DNA from: Ignavibacteriota bacterium
Lineage (GTDB): Bacteria; Bacteroidota; Ignavibacteria; UBA10030
Reading direction: 5' to 3'
Assembly (NCBI GenBank): GCA_963790045.1
Contig: CAWBMS010000013.1
Span: forward strand, 19,085-83,084
Length of the DNA: 64,000 bases
The notes beneath the pieces were generated by a model that saw nothing but the letters and a program-made list of their open reading frames with translations, was not told the origin of the DNA and did not search any database. Each line of letters begins with the position of its first letter. Within the stretch, counting starts at the first letter, position 1. Positions 47,715 through 58,058 of this stretch are shown here, piece by piece. A program made the position numbers and the translations under genes.

Positions 47715-49010
47715 TTATTCCAGCCCGACGCGCCCGAACATATAATCCAGATGTTTCAAACTGCGTTTGGCATCAAACAATTCATCTAACTCTGCTGCTG
47801 TAAGATGCTTCATCACATCGTCACTTGCAAGCAGTAATTCTTTAAATTCTTTTCCATCGCGCCACACTTTCATCGCCTGTTCCTGCACCATCCGGTACGC
47901 ATCTTCACGCTTCATTCCTTTTTTCGTCAGCGCCAGCAGCACTTCCTGTGAAAAGATCAATCCGTGCGTTAAATTCAGATTGCGCTGCATGTGTTCGGGA
48001 TAGACAAGGAGATTGTCGATGATTCTTGTCATATCGGCAAGGATAAAATCGAGAAGGATGCAGCTATCGGGAATAATGACACGCTCAACAGATGAATGCG
48101 AAATATCACGTTCGTGCCAGAGAGCAACGTTTTCCATTGCCGCAAGTGCGTTGGAGCGAAGCACTCGAGAAAGTCCTGCGATGCGTTCACAAATAATAGG
48201 ATTGCGTTTATGCGGCATTGCCGATGAACCTTTTTGCCCTTTGGAAAAATATTCTTCCGCTTCCAGCACTTCGGTTTTTTGGAGATGCCGGATTTCTGTT
48301 GCAAACTTTTCCAACGAACAGCCGATAATGGCAAGCGTGGTCATGAATTCGGCATGGCGGTCACGCTGTAAGATTTGTGTAGAAATCGGTGCGGGCTGCA
48401 ATCCCATTTTCTCGCAAACATAACGTTCCACGAACGGATCAAGATGCTGAAACGTACCGACAGCGCCGGAAATCTTTCCTGAGGAAATTGTTTTCTTTGC
48501 TGCTGTTAATCGCTCGATGTTGCGGCAAATCTCTGCATACCACAACGCAAGTTTCAATCCGAAAGTAATCGGCTCTGCGTGAATGCCATGCGATCTGCCG
48601 ATCATGACCGTGTGCTTGAATTCTTTCGCGCGGCGTCCCAGCACCGCTTTCAACTCTTCCAAATCTTTTAACAGAATTTCCGCAGACTGTTTCATCTGCA
48701 CGGCAAGCGAAGTGTCGAGCACATCAGAAGAAGTCATGCCCAGATGAATATAGCGCGATTCCGGACCGACGTATTCGCCGACATTCGTTAAGAACGCAAT
48801 CACATCGTGTTTCACTTCTTGTTCGATTTCAAGAATACGATCAACCTTGAAGTTGGCTTTTTCTCGAATCACCTTCACAGCATCTTTCGGTACCACGCCA
48901 AGTTCCGCTTGCGCTTCGCACGCGAGCGTTTCAATTTCTAACCAGATGCGGAATTTGTTTTCGTCTTCCCATATTTTTCCCATTGCGGGGCGCGTATAGC
49001 GGTCAATCAT
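47715..49010 (-). CDS. purB: adenylosuccinate lyase
   Basis: 431 aa; SSAMPHKRNP signature. Confidence 0.95.
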   Translation of the reverse strand: MIDRYTRPAMGKIWEDENKFRIWLEIETLACEAQAELGVVPKDAVKVIREKANFKVDRILEIEQEVKHDVIAFLTNVGEYVGPESRYIHLGMTSSDVLDTSLAVQMKQSAEILLKDLEELKAVLGRRAKEFKHTVMIGRSHGIHAEPITFGLKLALWYAEICRNIERLTAAKKTISSGKISGAVGTFQHLDPFVERYVCEKMGLQPAPISTQILQRDRHAEFMTTLAIIGCSLEKFATEIRHLQKTEVLEAEEYFSKGQKGSSAMPHKRNPIICERIAGLSRVLRSNALAAMENVALWHERDISHSSVERVIIPDSCILLDFILADMTRIIDNLLVYPEHMQRNLNLTHGLIFSQEVLLALTKKGMKREDAYRMVQEQAMKVWRDGKEFKELLLASDDVMKHLTAAELDELFDAKRSLKHLDYMFGRVGLE

Positions 49011-50236
49011 TCGTTCTTTTCTCCGGGCGCTCGTTCGAGCACAAGTTGTAATTCAAGATTTTTTCGTTCACGGTAGATGGTGAGGTTCAACGTATCGCCG
49101 GGACTCATATCCACCATCATAGCCAGCACATCTTCACCCGACTTAATCTTTTCTCCATTCACTTTCAAAATCACATCGCCCACGCGCAAGCCAGCTTTTT
49201 CTGCGGGGCCTTTTGCCGCCATCTCACTTACGATAATTCCTTCCGGCTGTTTCATACCGAGATATTTTGCAATGCGCCCATCGACAATCTGCCAATCGAA
49301 TCCCGCCGTTAAACTGCGTGCGACTTTGCCTTTGTTCTTTAATTGCGCAACAACCTTTTTCACTTTGTTCACGGGAATAGCAAACCCGTAACCGATGTAC
49401 GTTGTCGTTTGACCGTTCGTATAAATAAGCGTGTTCATGCCAATGACATCGCCATCGCTGTTCACCAACGGGCCGCCGCTGTTGCCCCCGTTGATCGCTG
49501 CATCGGTTTCCAACATATCACGATAGTAGCGATTTTCAATTTGACCGAGCTTCATTCCTGTCGAACTGATGACACCGACGGTTACCGTCGGCTTGTCGTT
49601 GATCTCGAATAATCCGAACGGATTGCCGAGCGCAATCGCCCACTCGCCGATCATCACATTATCGGAATTGCCGAATGTAACGAACGGTAAATTTTCGCCA
49701 TCAACTTTTAATAAACAAATATCTGTTGCCGCATCGGTGCCGATGAGTTTTGCTTTCATCTGCTTCCCGCCCGTGAGTGTTACGGTGATTTCTGTGGCAT
49801 TACCGGCAACATGGTCGTTCGTAACAATGTACCCGTCGGGAGAAATGATGAAGCCGGAGCCGAGTTCTTTCACTTCCTGCTTCATCGTACGGTCGCCAAA
49901 AAATTGCCGGAAGAACGGATCATCGAAAAATTGTCCGAACGGGTCGCTGTACCGCACCTGCTGTACAGCTGTTACATTGATGCCGACCACCGCAGAGCTT
50001 ACTTTCGCGACCGCTTGCGTGATAGCATTTTTCCGTGTGCTTGCAACGTCATCCGTTTGTGTGGACGATTTTTCCTGTGTCGTCACTGCTTGCGGAAATG
50101 ATTTTTCAAACAACGGCTCTGCTGCGCTCGCAGATTTTACACCGTTGGATTTTATCGCATAACCGACACCGAATCCGATCAACAGCGAAATTATCAGTAT
50201 CACAAAAAAGCGAATGTAGGGATTGTTCATAATCAA
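49007..50236 (-). CDS. HtrA/DegP-family serine protease with one PDZ domain
   Basis: TNDHV (His), GNSGGPLV (Ser), C-terminal PDZ (GLRVGDVILKVNG). Confidence 0.9.
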   Translation of the reverse strand: MIMNNPYIRFFVILIISLLIGFGVGYAIKSNGVKSASAAEPLFEKSFPQAVTTQEKSSTQTDDVASTRKNAITQAVAKVSSAVVGINVTAVQQVRYSDPFGQFFDDPFFRQFFGDRTMKQEVKELGSGFIISPDGYIVTNDHVAGNATEITVTLTGGKQMKAKLIGTDAATDICLLKVDGENLPFVTFGNSDNVMIGEWAIALGNPFGLFEINDKPTVTVGVISSTGMKLGQIENRYYRDMLETDAAINGGNSGGPLVNSDGDVIGMNTLIYTNGQTTTYIGYGFAIPVNKVKKVVAQLKNKGKVARSLTAGFDWQIVDGRIAKYLGMKQPEGIIVSEMAAKGPAEKAGLRVGDVILKVNGEKIKSGEDVLAMMVDMSPGDTLNLTIYRERKNLELQLVLERAPGEKNE

Positions 50237-50248
50237 CCTCTCATAAAT

Positions 50249-50872
50249 TTATACTTTAACATCGTTTCGTTCCTTCGTCAATTCTTTTGTCACTTCCAAG
50301 TGACTTAATAAAAGAATTCCACTTAGTATAAACGAAAACAACCGGTAATCGGTTGCACTCGCCGCATGTATCATTCCAATATCTATCCATCCTGCCGGAA
50401 CAACAAGCAGCACAAGCGGAGCAACCAAAATTGCTATAAGGTTCGCTTTCAAAATATCGTGCATACTTTTAAACGATATAAACCACGTGATGCACCATAC
50501 GATCATATAACTGATGCCGATGGCGCACACACCGCCTGCCGCCGGAGCAAGCCCGCGGCCGCCGCGAAACTTAAGCCACGCGGAATAATCGTGTCCGAGC
50601 AACACGCCGAAGAGTGCCGTTGCTTGCAGCCAGAATTCTGCGCCCAACATTTGCCCGGCAGCGTACGCAACAGCAAATCCTTTTAAGCCATCTAACAAAC
50701 CGACCAGAATACCGAGACGTTTGGATTGCGTTACAGCAAACGCATTATACGCGCCGGCGTTGCCGCTGCCATTCGTGCGCACATCTTTTCCCGATGCGAA
50801 CCGCACAATGAGATACGCTGTTGGAATTGCGCCGACAACATAGCCGCACAGCAAATAATAGAAGAACGACAC
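50249..50872 (-). CDS. plsY: glycerol-3-phosphate acyltransferase PlsY
   Basis: GSGNAGAYNAF motif; 207 aa, polytopic. Confidence 0.9.
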   Translation of the reverse strand: MSFFYYLLCGYVVGAIPTAYLIVRFASGKDVRTNGSGNAGAYNAFAVTQSKRLGILVGLLDGLKGFAVAYAAGQMLGAEFWLQATALFGVLLGHDYSAWLKFRGGRGLAPAAGGVCAIGISYMIVWCITWFISFKSMHDILKANLIAILVAPLVLLVVPAGWIDIGMIHAASATDYRLFSFILSGILLLSHLEVTKELTKERNDVKV

Positions 50873-51054
50873 GCCGATAGATTACCTGACGTTGTTGATA
50901 GCATCTCTTTTATTAAAATTACGGAAAACAGTAAGGGAAAGCAAGGAAGCTGATGAACGATAAATTGTGAAGATCATTATTTGCAGACGATGTCACGCGA
51001 CATTGACTGTCAGCCATAAGGAAACCATACCAACAAGGGCAAACAGATTTATTT

Positions 51055-51642
51055 TTATGATCCCTTAATCATCGCAGTTAGCCCGCCGCGAATCATCATA
51101 ATAGCAATTGCCGCCATGAACAATGCCGCTACTTTTGCGACCGCTTTGGAACCGGCTTCGCCCATCAGACGTAATAAATGCGTGGAGTAACGAAATACTA
51201 ACCACACGATAAACAAGTTTGAAAGCAGCGCAAGAATTGCCGCAAAATATCCGTACTGATCGACAATGATGACAATCATTGTCAGCGCAGCAGGGCCAAT
51301 GATCAGCGGAATACCGATGGGAACAACACCGACTGTTTGAGACGGCGCACGATGTTCATCCGAAGGAGTAATCAAATCCACAACAGCAATCACCAGCAGC
51401 ACAACGCCGCCGCCGACACGGAAATCATTTTCTGTAATACCGAGATAATTGAAAATCATTTTACCGCCGAACAAAAAGATGATCGATACAATCATTGCAG
51501 TCATCGATGCATCGGTCGTTAATTTGTTCCGCGCATTTTGATCCATCGATTGCGTCAACGACAGGTAGAGAGGAATCAATCCCACGACGTCGATAGCAAC
51601 AAACAACGGAATGAATGAGAGAAAAAATACTTTGACATCCAT
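51055..51642 (-). CDS. MarC family (UPF0056) membrane protein
   Basis: 195 aa, 6 TM segments, FVAIDVVGLIPLYL N-terminus. Confidence 0.8.
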   Translation of the reverse strand: MDVKVFFLSFIPLFVAIDVVGLIPLYLSLTQSMDQNARNKLTTDASMTAMIVSIIFLFGGKMIFNYLGITENDFRVGGGVVLLVIAVVDLITPSDEHRAPSQTVGVVPIGIPLIIGPAALTMIVIIVDQYGYFAAILALLSNLFIVWLVFRYSTHLLRLMGEAGSKAVAKVAALFMAAIAIMMIRGGLTAMIKGS

Positions 51643-51662
51643 AATAGAATCCTTGGGATCGC

Positions 51663-51929
51663 TTATGAAACCTTCGTGCCTTTTTCTTCCAATTTTTTGC
51701 GAATGATGCCGACAATATCTTCATTAGAAAGCGAGCTGCGTACACCGGATGCATGCACTACCTGTTCTAATGAACCGCGATGTTCGGTGAGCCACGCCCA
51801 CAAACAATAGCCCAGCCGATTGCGATCGTTGGGTTCCTGCGTTGGAATATCGGCAACAATGCCGTAAGCAATTTTTTCTAATGACTCACTGGAAGATTCA
51901 AGTATCGATGCTGGCGCTTTGGTTGTCAT
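51663..51929 (-). CDS. hypothetical protein
   Basis: 88-aa ORF, same strand and closely spaced with the MarC gene. Confidence 0.4.
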   Translation of the reverse strand: MTTKAPASILESSSESLEKIAYGIVADIPTQEPNDRNRLGYCLWAWLTEHRGSLEQVVHASGVRSSLSNEDIVGIIRKKLEEKGTKVS

Positions 51930-52015
51930 AGTAACTCCATCAGAACTGTATCTGAGAAATCTGATCTATGGTAAGATAGAAAGATTTCCTCAAAGAGACA
52001 AAGTTCCCATTTCGC

Positions 52016-53509
52016 TTATGAAGCGATATGATAGATAAATGCCGCCTGATTTTTGTTGCCGCGCGGATTGAGATGATAAAAGACGTCATCTAAAAAACTC
52101 GGATCGATTTGTTTTTCAATGACCAATTTTTTCTGCATCGTTGTCTCAACTTTTGCCGCACGCCGATCAATATCTTCCTTGCCGAACATCACCACATAAT
52201 TGGGCTGCACCTGCGACTCCTGAATGTGCACCGGCAATTGCTGGAGATCACCGTCATTTTCAATCGGATAAATTTTCATCGGATATTGATCAGAATAGAA
52301 CAGCGGCGGCTGAATAGTTCCAAGATTTCCTCCGACCAAAACCATCGCGGTCACTTTGTGGTTGTAAAAGTAATACATTGATTCGACTCGCGAGCGTTTG
52401 GAATAATACACGGTGAACGGTACCAACAGAACGGTATTCATAATCCAGAACCAGATCCAGAAACCGCGGACAAGTTTTTGATGACGCAGCCAGAACGGAG
52501 ACGTTTGCGTAATTTCCAGCCAACCGACAACGCTCAACGTCACGATAAGCGGTATGACGGTAAAAATAAACCGCTCCTGCTTACTGGGAAAATACGAATG
52601 GAACGCAAAGAATACGACGACCGGCAAAAACACCATGAGTGTCTTTTTCCAGTTCTTGACGAACCCGTACAACAGCACGAAGCTGGTTGGCGGAATCATC
52701 GCGCCGGCGATCAGCAGAAGATAATTGTACCACGGACCGATAACGTAATCCATGCTGTGCGTGGAATTATAACCGACATACGCAAGGAATGCAGCAAACG
52801 GATAGCCCCAAGCAAAAATATCTGCGCTTCCCTGCACGAGCAGCATGGTAAAGAAACACGCGAGTGAAAAATAAAAAAACGATTTCCACTGCTTTTGATA
52901 CAGCAAGAGCATTGCTGCGGGTGCAGTAACAAACAATGTTTGATAGCGGAAGACAAACGCCAAGCCGAAGCAAACACCGGAATACCAGATATATGAACGG
53001 CGTTCAGAAGATTTGAGAATATAATATATACCCGCCATCAACGGAGGAATGCAAACCATCTCGATAAGATTCCGCACACTCAAAAACGGAAATGCCCAAA
53101 ACAATGCCAGCACTAGACCGGTGGTTCGAGCATTCTTGCGCGAAGAAAAATGTTCTGCAATTTTATATCCGAACGAAACGACTAAGAGCGAATACAATGC
53201 ATGCAGTAATCGCACGATCAGCATTTTATTTTGAGGATCACGCATCCCTATCGATTGCAGTGCATTGAACAATCCGAAATGCAGCAGAGGATACACGATA
53301 CTGTGCCCGTGCGGCGCATTATTGACACGGTCGGTCCAATACGTAATGTCGTGCATAATTTGAAACGGTTGTTCGACGGGGCCGAAATGGTCGTCGTGCA
53401 TACCGTATCCTTTTGAGAGAAATGCAGCAATCAGGCGCGGAATCAGTGCAATAATTAAAACAGAAAGCAGCGGGTGTTCATCCCAGAAACGTTTGAGAAA
53501 GTTTATCAT
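52016..53509 (-). CDS. GT-C fold membrane glycosyltransferase (GT22/Alg9-like mannosyltransferase family)
   Basis: 497 aa, polytopic. N-terminal GMHDDHFGPVEQPFQ resembles the GT22 HPDE.FQ motif. Confidence 0.65.
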   Translation of the reverse strand: MINFLKRFWDEHPLLSVLIIALIPRLIAAFLSKGYGMHDDHFGPVEQPFQIMHDITYWTDRVNNAPHGHSIVYPLLHFGLFNALQSIGMRDPQNKMLIVRLLHALYSLLVVSFGYKIAEHFSSRKNARTTGLVLALFWAFPFLSVRNLIEMVCIPPLMAGIYYILKSSERRSYIWYSGVCFGLAFVFRYQTLFVTAPAAMLLLYQKQWKSFFYFSLACFFTMLLVQGSADIFAWGYPFAAFLAYVGYNSTHSMDYVIGPWYNYLLLIAGAMIPPTSFVLLYGFVKNWKKTLMVFLPVVVFFAFHSYFPSKQERFIFTVIPLIVTLSVVGWLEITQTSPFWLRHQKLVRGFWIWFWIMNTVLLVPFTVYYSKRSRVESMYYFYNHKVTAMVLVGGNLGTIQPPLFYSDQYPMKIYPIENDGDLQQLPVHIQESQVQPNYVVMFGKEDIDRRAAKVETTMQKKLVIEKQIDPSFLDDVFYHLNPRGNKNQAAFIYHIAS

Positions 53510-53684
53510 GGTACAATCATCATTATGTGAATGTGTGAATTCATTTTTTTCGTATCGTCAACCTATTGGAAAGTTTTTTGAAATGCAAGACGGCAAGAAC
53601 AACGCTGTGCTCTGCTTTCGGTAGTTTATAAAAAGTAAGCATTTGAATCTCCCACAAATTTTCTCTATTTTGAGTCTAGTAAAT

Positions 53685-53768
53685 GCCCGGATGGCGAAAT
53701 TGGCAGACGCGCTAGCTTCAGGAGCTAGTGGCCGCAAGGCCTTGGGGGTTCAAGTCCCCCTTCGGGCA
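53685..53768 (+). tRNA. tRNA-Leu (anticodon CAG)
   Basis: GCCCGGATGGCGAAATTGGCAGACGCGCTAGCTTCAGGAGCTAGTGGCCGCAAGGCCTTGGGGGTTCAAGTCCCCCTTCGGGCA; long variable arm; anticodon loop TTCAGGA. Confidence 0.9.
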
Positions 53769-53780
53769 CACAGATAGTTC

Positions 53781-53809
53781 AAAGGTCACTTAGCGTGACC
53801 TTTTCTTTT
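53781..53809 (+). terminator. terminator after tRNA-Leu
   Basis: aaaggtcac-ttagc-gtgaccttt followed by TCTTTT. Confidence 0.55.
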
Positions 53810-53867
53810 ATAACGATGTTACTGTAACGCTTGGCACTCGCCGTTTTCTGTATGAAAGAATATACCG

Positions 53868-54827
53868 ATGGATGTTTATTTTTATGAAGCATTCGAAGAA
53901 GAAGCAGAAGCATTAAAAAAATATCTCGGCTCCGGCATTTCTTTCGAGATGACGTCGAAGACCATTCAAGAAACCGGTCATATTCAGCCGCCCTCACGAC
54001 TGATCAGCATTCGTACACAATCAATCATTCCTCCTGCGTGGGCTGATACATTAGACGGCGTGTTGAGCAGAAGCACCGGCTACGATCATTTAAAAACATA
54101 CCTTGCAAAAATCCAAAAGCCACTTCCGTGCGGCTATTTAGAAGAATACGCTACACGCGCCGTTGCCGAGCATGCAATTTTATTGATGATGGCACTGCTG
54201 CGAAAACTTCCGCAGCAAGTTACACAGTTCAAACATTTTGAACGCGATGGATTGACGGGATTTGAGTGTGCTGAAAAAAATCTTCTTGTAGTCGGCGTAG
54301 GACGTATCGGCAGCGAGATTGCAAAGGTTGGAACGGGATTGGGAATGAATGTCCGCGGCGTCGATCTTGTGCAGCGACATGTTTTCGTTCAGTATGTATC
54401 GCGTGAAGAAGGAATTCGGTGGGCAGATATCATTGTCTGCGCAATGAATTTAACGCCGGAGAATTCCGGATATTTTTCCGAGCCGCTCTTGCGGCAAACT
54501 AAACGCGGTGCAATTCTGATCAACATTGCGCGCGGCGAACACACACCCATTTCTGTTCTGCATAAACTCATCGAAGAATATCATCTCGGCGGTATCGGAT
54601 TGGATGTATATGAGAATGAACCATCCATTGCAACGGCTTTACGGAACGGTACCACAGATTCTTTGCCGGCAAAGAAAATCGCGTCGCTTCTTCAACATCC
54701 GAATGTTATCTTCACTCCGCACAACGCATTCAATTCGTATGAAGCGGTGAAACGAAAATCAAAATTCAGCGCAGAAGCAATTCGCTACTTTCTGCACCAC
54801 CGTAATTTTCGTTCACACGTATCGTAG
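53868..54827 (+). CDS. D-isomer-specific 2-hydroxyacid dehydrogenase family protein
   Basis: VVGVGRIGSEIAKV NAD-binding motif; ILINIARGE; LDVYENEP; TPHNAF. Confidence 0.85.
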   Translation: MDVYFYEAFEEEAEALKKYLGSGISFEMTSKTIQETGHIQPPSRLISIRTQSIIPPAWADTLDGVLSRSTGYDHLKTYLAKIQKPLPCGYLEEYATRAVAEHAILLMMALLRKLPQQVTQFKHFERDGLTGFECAEKNLLVVGVGRIGSEIAKVGTGLGMNVRGVDLVQRHVFVQYVSREEGIRWADIIVCAMNLTPENSGYFSEPLLRQTKRGAILINIARGEHTPISVLHKLIEEYHLGGIGLDVYENEPSIATALRNGTTDSLPAKKIASLLQHPNVIFTPHNAFNSYEAVKRKSKFSAEAIRYFLHHRNFRSHVS

Positions 54828-54831
54828 TCGT

Positions 54832-56442
54832 TCACTGATTCATGTCGTTCTGTACCGGCACGCCGGGTTTTCGATACACCGGGATATACACGAAGAACGT
54901 CGAACCTTTTCCTACTTCACTTTCTACGGCGATAAATCCTTTGTGCCCTTTCACAATTCCTATGGCATTGGATAAGCCCAATCCCGTTCCTTTGCCAATT
55001 TCTTTTGTCGTATAAAATGGATCAAAGATTCTGTCAATGTCCTTCGCAGGTATGCCGTGGCCGGTATCATGAAACGCGAAGCAGACAAAATTTCCCGGTA
55101 CGGCATCAGGATTGCTCTCAGCAAGTTCGTACCCGACAATGCTGTTGGTGACAGAAATAGTAATCTCGCCGCCATTCGACATCGCATCTTTTGCATTCTT
55201 TAAGAGATTCAAAAACACTTGATGCAATTGTCCGACATCGCCGTTAATATTCCAAACCGTTTCCGGCATGTGAACTGAAAGGTGAATGGATGCGGGAAAC
55301 GTACTCTGCACTATTTTTTGTATCTCACTCAAAAGCAACGCAGGCCGAAGTTCCACACGACTTCCTTCCGCTCCTTTGACAAATGAAAGAACTTGATCGA
55401 CCATGTTCTTTGCATGATGAGTGCTGAAATCCATGGCGGCAATCACCGGCTGTAACGTTTCATCTTTGATATATGCCTTCACCATCTCAACACCCATAAT
55501 CACCGGTGCAAAATCGTTGCTCAAATCATGCGCAATGCCGCTGGTCAGAACACCGATACTTTCAAGACGCTGCGTGCGGAGAAATCGTTCCCGCAGGCGT
55601 TTGATTACCGTAACATCCGTACACACGATCATCACATCGTCGGGAAAATCTTGCTGGCCATGCACTATGGAAAGCCGGATGAACGAAACAAATTCTTTCC
55701 CTCTGCGCGTTCGTTGGAGTACTTCACTAGACCAGCTTCCTCTTGTGAAAGTTGTTTTCCATGCTTCAGAGAACGCTGCTTCTCTGCTGTACGATAAAAA
55801 TTCTGTAATCTGTTTTCCGATCGCTTCCTCAGAACTCCAGCCGTACATCTGTTCGGCACCGGCATTCCAATAGCGAATTGTTTGAGCTAAATTCATTACG
55901 ATGACAGCATCTTGAGTTTTGTTTAACAGATCCGCTTGCTCTTGGACCCGGCGCTCTGCATGCTTGCGTCTGGTAATATCGATAATGACACCTTCCAAAA
56001 TTTCTGTGGAAGAGAAATATTTTGCGGAAAATGAAAGCCATAAATCTGATCCATTGGCGCGCCGGAAATAATATTCTTCATTATCGATAAAACCCTGTGT
56101 AAATATTTTCTCCCGAATCGTTTCTCGGTATGATGGCGGTGTAGCATAGATTGCCTTTGTAATTTCTTCCAGCGCATCCATTTGGAAAATATGCAGCAGC
56201 GAACTGTTCGCTTCGACAATTCTTTTCTCCGATATAGAAAAACGAGCCATGCCTACCAACGAATTTTCAAACAGATTCCGATATTTTTTTTCACTTTCTG
56301 CAATGCGTTCTAATTCGCGCTGTTTTGCTTCTAATGCCTTCCGTTTACTTATGATAATGACAACGATCAGCGTCACAGCAATGCCGAGCATTGCCAGCGT
56401 TCCAACGATAACAACAAACCAAACGTCAAATTGAATATTCAC
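54832..56442 (-). CDS. PAS-domain sensor histidine kinase
   Basis: N-terminal TM segment, two PAS-like regions, H-box GIAHDLSN, N/G boxes NLLKNAKDAM...DTGHGIP...GTGLGLS. Confidence 0.85.
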   Translation of the reverse strand: MNIQFDVWFVVIVGTLAMLGIAVTLIVVIIISKRKALEAKQRELERIAESEKKYRNLFENSLVGMARFSISEKRIVEANSSLLHIFQMDALEEITKAIYATPPSYRETIREKIFTQGFIDNEEYYFRRANGSDLWLSFSAKYFSSTEILEGVIIDITRRKHAERRVQEQADLLNKTQDAVIVMNLAQTIRYWNAGAEQMYGWSSEEAIGKQITEFLSYSREAAFSEAWKTTFTRGSWSSEVLQRTRRGKEFVSFIRLSIVHGQQDFPDDVMIVCTDVTVIKRLRERFLRTQRLESIGVLTSGIAHDLSNDFAPVIMGVEMVKAYIKDETLQPVIAAMDFSTHHAKNMVDQVLSFVKGAEGSRVELRPALLLSEIQKIVQSTFPASIHLSVHMPETVWNINGDVGQLHQVFLNLLKNAKDAMSNGGEITISVTNSIVGYELAESNPDAVPGNFVCFAFHDTGHGIPAKDIDRIFDPFYTTKEIGKGTGLGLSNAIGIVKGHKGFIAVESEVGKGSTFFVYIPVYRKPGVPVQNDMNQ

Positions 56443-56594
56443 GACTCTCCACTATTTTCTTACCTGTATCGTTTACGTTTTATTTGCATAGAACATCCCA
56501 TAACATCAACACTTGCATCTTTGTCCCCCGCTATAACTTTACTACCGCCGATAAAGCGTTCGCCGACTAAACCTTGCCTGACAAACGCTTGATA

Positions 56595-57281
56595 CTACAT
56601 CGCTGTCTCCACAACACTTCCATTACCGGCTTCCCTCGCCGGCTCCGATTTACATAAAAATGCGCGAAGAAAGAAATAATGTTGAACGATAATGAACAGA
56701 CTATTCATTAACCAAAGTGTTCTCATCACCTCGAGAGAAATCTTCAACATCTCGTTAAATAATCCAAAAAGAAAAAACGTTGCCGAAGCATATAATACTA
56801 TACCCAATATCACCCAAAATCGTGGGTCACGTCTCCACACAACGCTGTCGTCCTTCAACACAGCCATCAACAACCAACTTCCAAAACTTATTTGGATAAT
56901 TTGCGAAACTGCACCAGAATATACATCGGACGCTGTTAACGGTTCGAATGTAAACTTGCCGATAATCCATACAACCAAATACGCAGCATAAGCCCACCAA
57001 AGAAGTGCTGTTTGTTTTTTGCTCATCCCCCAAAGACAAAACACAATTACAAACAAGAATAATTCTATAATGCTAAAACATTGAGAAAGCCATAACGTGT
57101 GAATTTTATAAAAGCTCATGACATCTTTTGCAATGTCAATGACAACAGCCGCTAAAATATACAACAATAAATACCGCAAGGGAGGGCTAAGTGTATTCAA
57201 CCGACGAAGCCCAACAATTCCGACAACACATACCCACCCCTGCGCCAGAAAAATAATTATAACACCAAATAAAAAAAACAT
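56595..57281 (-). CDS. polytopic membrane protein (hypothetical)
   Basis: 228 aa, about 7 hydrophobic segments. Confidence 0.5.
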   Translation of the reverse strand: MFFLFGVIIIFLAQGWVCVVGIVGLRRLNTLSPPLRYLLLYILAAVVIDIAKDVMSFYKIHTLWLSQCFSIIELFLFVIVFCLWGMSKKQTALLWWAYAAYLVVWIIGKFTFEPLTASDVYSGAVSQIIQISFGSWLLMAVLKDDSVVWRRDPRFWVILGIVLYASATFFLFGLFNEMLKISLEVMRTLWLMNSLFIIVQHYFFLRAFLCKSEPAREAGNGSVVETAM

Positions 57282-57285
57282 ATTA

Positions 57286-57714
57286 TTATTTTATTAAAGG
57301 ACTATCCGACCAACACCATGGGGGACAATCCATAGCTCTTTCCGCAATCGCTGCCTTTGTCATATCCTTTCCATTGGCATCAACACCAACTAACACTATC
57401 GTCGGCGATCCGTCTTTTTCCTGTGCATAATAATAACGAATTGCCACACATCCTTTTTGTGAAAGAATTTTATCGAATATTTTTCTATTGAACACGCCGC
57501 CTTTTACTGCTGTTCCCTTCAATCCTGCGTTGCGTGCCTTAATAAGCTCCTTTGCTTCTTTTAAACTAATGGAATGGTCTTTTTCCAAAAGTTGTTTCAT
57601 CTGCGGCGCGGCAACAGCATCATCCTGTTTTTTTTCTTGTTGTAAAAATGCAGTTGTGCCGAGCACTAATGCCACTGCTACACCGGCAAGTATCAACATC
57701 CGTTTAATATTCAT
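57286..57714 (-). CDS. secreted hypothetical protein
   Basis: Start at MNIKRMLILAGVAVALVLG signal peptide. C-terminal CPPWC pair. Confidence 0.45.
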   Translation of the reverse strand: MNIKRMLILAGVAVALVLGTTAFLQQEKKQDDAVAAPQMKQLLEKDHSISLKEAKELIKARNAGLKGTAVKGGVFNRKIFDKILSQKGCVAIRYYYAQEKDGSPTIVLVGVDANGKDMTKAAIAERAMDCPPWCWSDSPLIK

Positions 57715-58058
57715 ACAACCCTCCAAGGAAAATGAATGTGAATGTTTTTTTGAGTTTCATTTGCTGCAACGTATGCAACAAACACTCACCAGAAAGTTAC
57801 ATAAATTAGGGAAAAATACAAGAGGTACAAAAAAAATTACGGGAATGTCCAAAGTGGGCAGCAATAGCGGCTTTTCCGATCTTTGTTACATCACATTATT
57901 CGCTGCAACCGTTCGGCCTTTCCATAAAAAATAAAAGCACAGGATTGATTCTCAAACGAGACTTTTGCATCTTAAGTAATGGTTATTTTTTCACTCCGCG
58001 AGCAATTACATTATACGGCTTACCAAGGACGTCACCAAAAGTTTGAAAGAAAAAAAGA